From positions 34,598,001-34,662,000 of the forward strand of contig OZ076409.1 of the NCBI GenBank assembly GCA_964187785.1: DNA of 64,000 nucleotides, given 5' to 3'. The notes below the pieces were generated by a model that had not been told where the DNA came from, ran no database searches, and saw only the letters and a list, made by a program, of their open reading frames with translations. This DNA comes from Amphiscolops sp. MND2022. Lineage: Eukaryota. Positions 63,501-64,000 of this stretch are shown here, piece after piece (position 1 is the stretch's first letter; the number at the start of each line of letters is the position of its first letter). The position numbers and the translations under genes were made by a program.

Positions 63501-64000
63501 TATTTAATTTCTATTCTTTGGAAAAAATCCGCTGATTCTATTCTGCGGTTTTTTCAATTCTGTCTTAGAAAAATTCCAATGATTCAGTTCTGCGGTTATT
63601 TCCTTTCTATTTCAGAAAAATTCCGCTGATTCTATTTTGCGGTTAATTCACTTCTATTTTAGAAAAATTCCGCTGATTCTATTCTGCGGTTATTTAATTT
63701 CTATCTTAGAAAAATCTCGCTGTTTCTATTCTGCGGTTATTTCATTTATGTCTTCGAAAAAATCCGCTGGTGCTATTCTGCAGTTATTTCATTTCTATCT
63801 AAGAAAAAATCCGCTGATTCTATACTGCGGTTATTTCATTTCTATCTTAGAAAAATTTCCCTGTTTCTATTCTCCAGTTATTTCATTTCTATCTAAGAAA
63901 AATTCCGTTGAGTCTTTTCTGCGGTTGTTTCATTTCTATCGTAGAAAAACTCCGCTGATTCTAGTCTGCGGTTATTCCATTCCTTTCTTAGAAAAATTCC
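30555..64000 (+). repeat. 47-bp tandem satellite array (over 33 kb, about 700 monomers, runs off the window end) with higher-order repeats
   Basis: Consensus TTAGAAAAATTCCGCTGATTCTATTCTGCGGTTATTTCATTTCTATC, head-to-tail in one orientation with no visible insertions. Confidence 0.98.

Noticed and set aside
30555..64000. CRISPR-like array, or genes from the short ORFs at 36904-63113
   Set aside because: There are no unique spacers; units are contiguous 47-bp monomers. The ORFs are chance read-throughs of the repeat.

Overview
AT-rich eukaryotic (animal-like) repeat DNA with no recognisable host gene. The left half holds two related but distinct Ty3/Gypsy LTR retrotransposons. Element A (2981-10026, +) is an internally deleted, non-autonomous copy. 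Element B (10789-26794, -) is a full-length 16-kb copy with a perfect TGTGA target-site duplication and a frameshifted pol. Both share an unusual architecture. (1) gag starts about 550-640 bp inside the LTR and reads through the tRNA primer-binding site (PBS). (2) A large antisense gene with GT-AG introns lies in the 3' region; one intron is at the same position in both elements, and the protein has a C2H2/BED-like finger and looks like a degenerate hAT-transposase relative. (3) A divergently oriented sense ORF3 runs its conserved C-terminus across the polypurine tract (PPT) into the 3' LTR. (4) The LTR promoters carry perfect MEF2-consensus sites 41 nt upstream of the TATA box. Element A's deletion junction follows a 17-nt tRNA-complementary tract, suggesting aberrant plus-strand transfer. 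From about 30555 to the window end is a 47-bp tandem satellite with a dyad-symmetric monomer and layered higher-order repeats. Coordinates were counted by hand, and family assignments rest on motif recognition rather than database searches.
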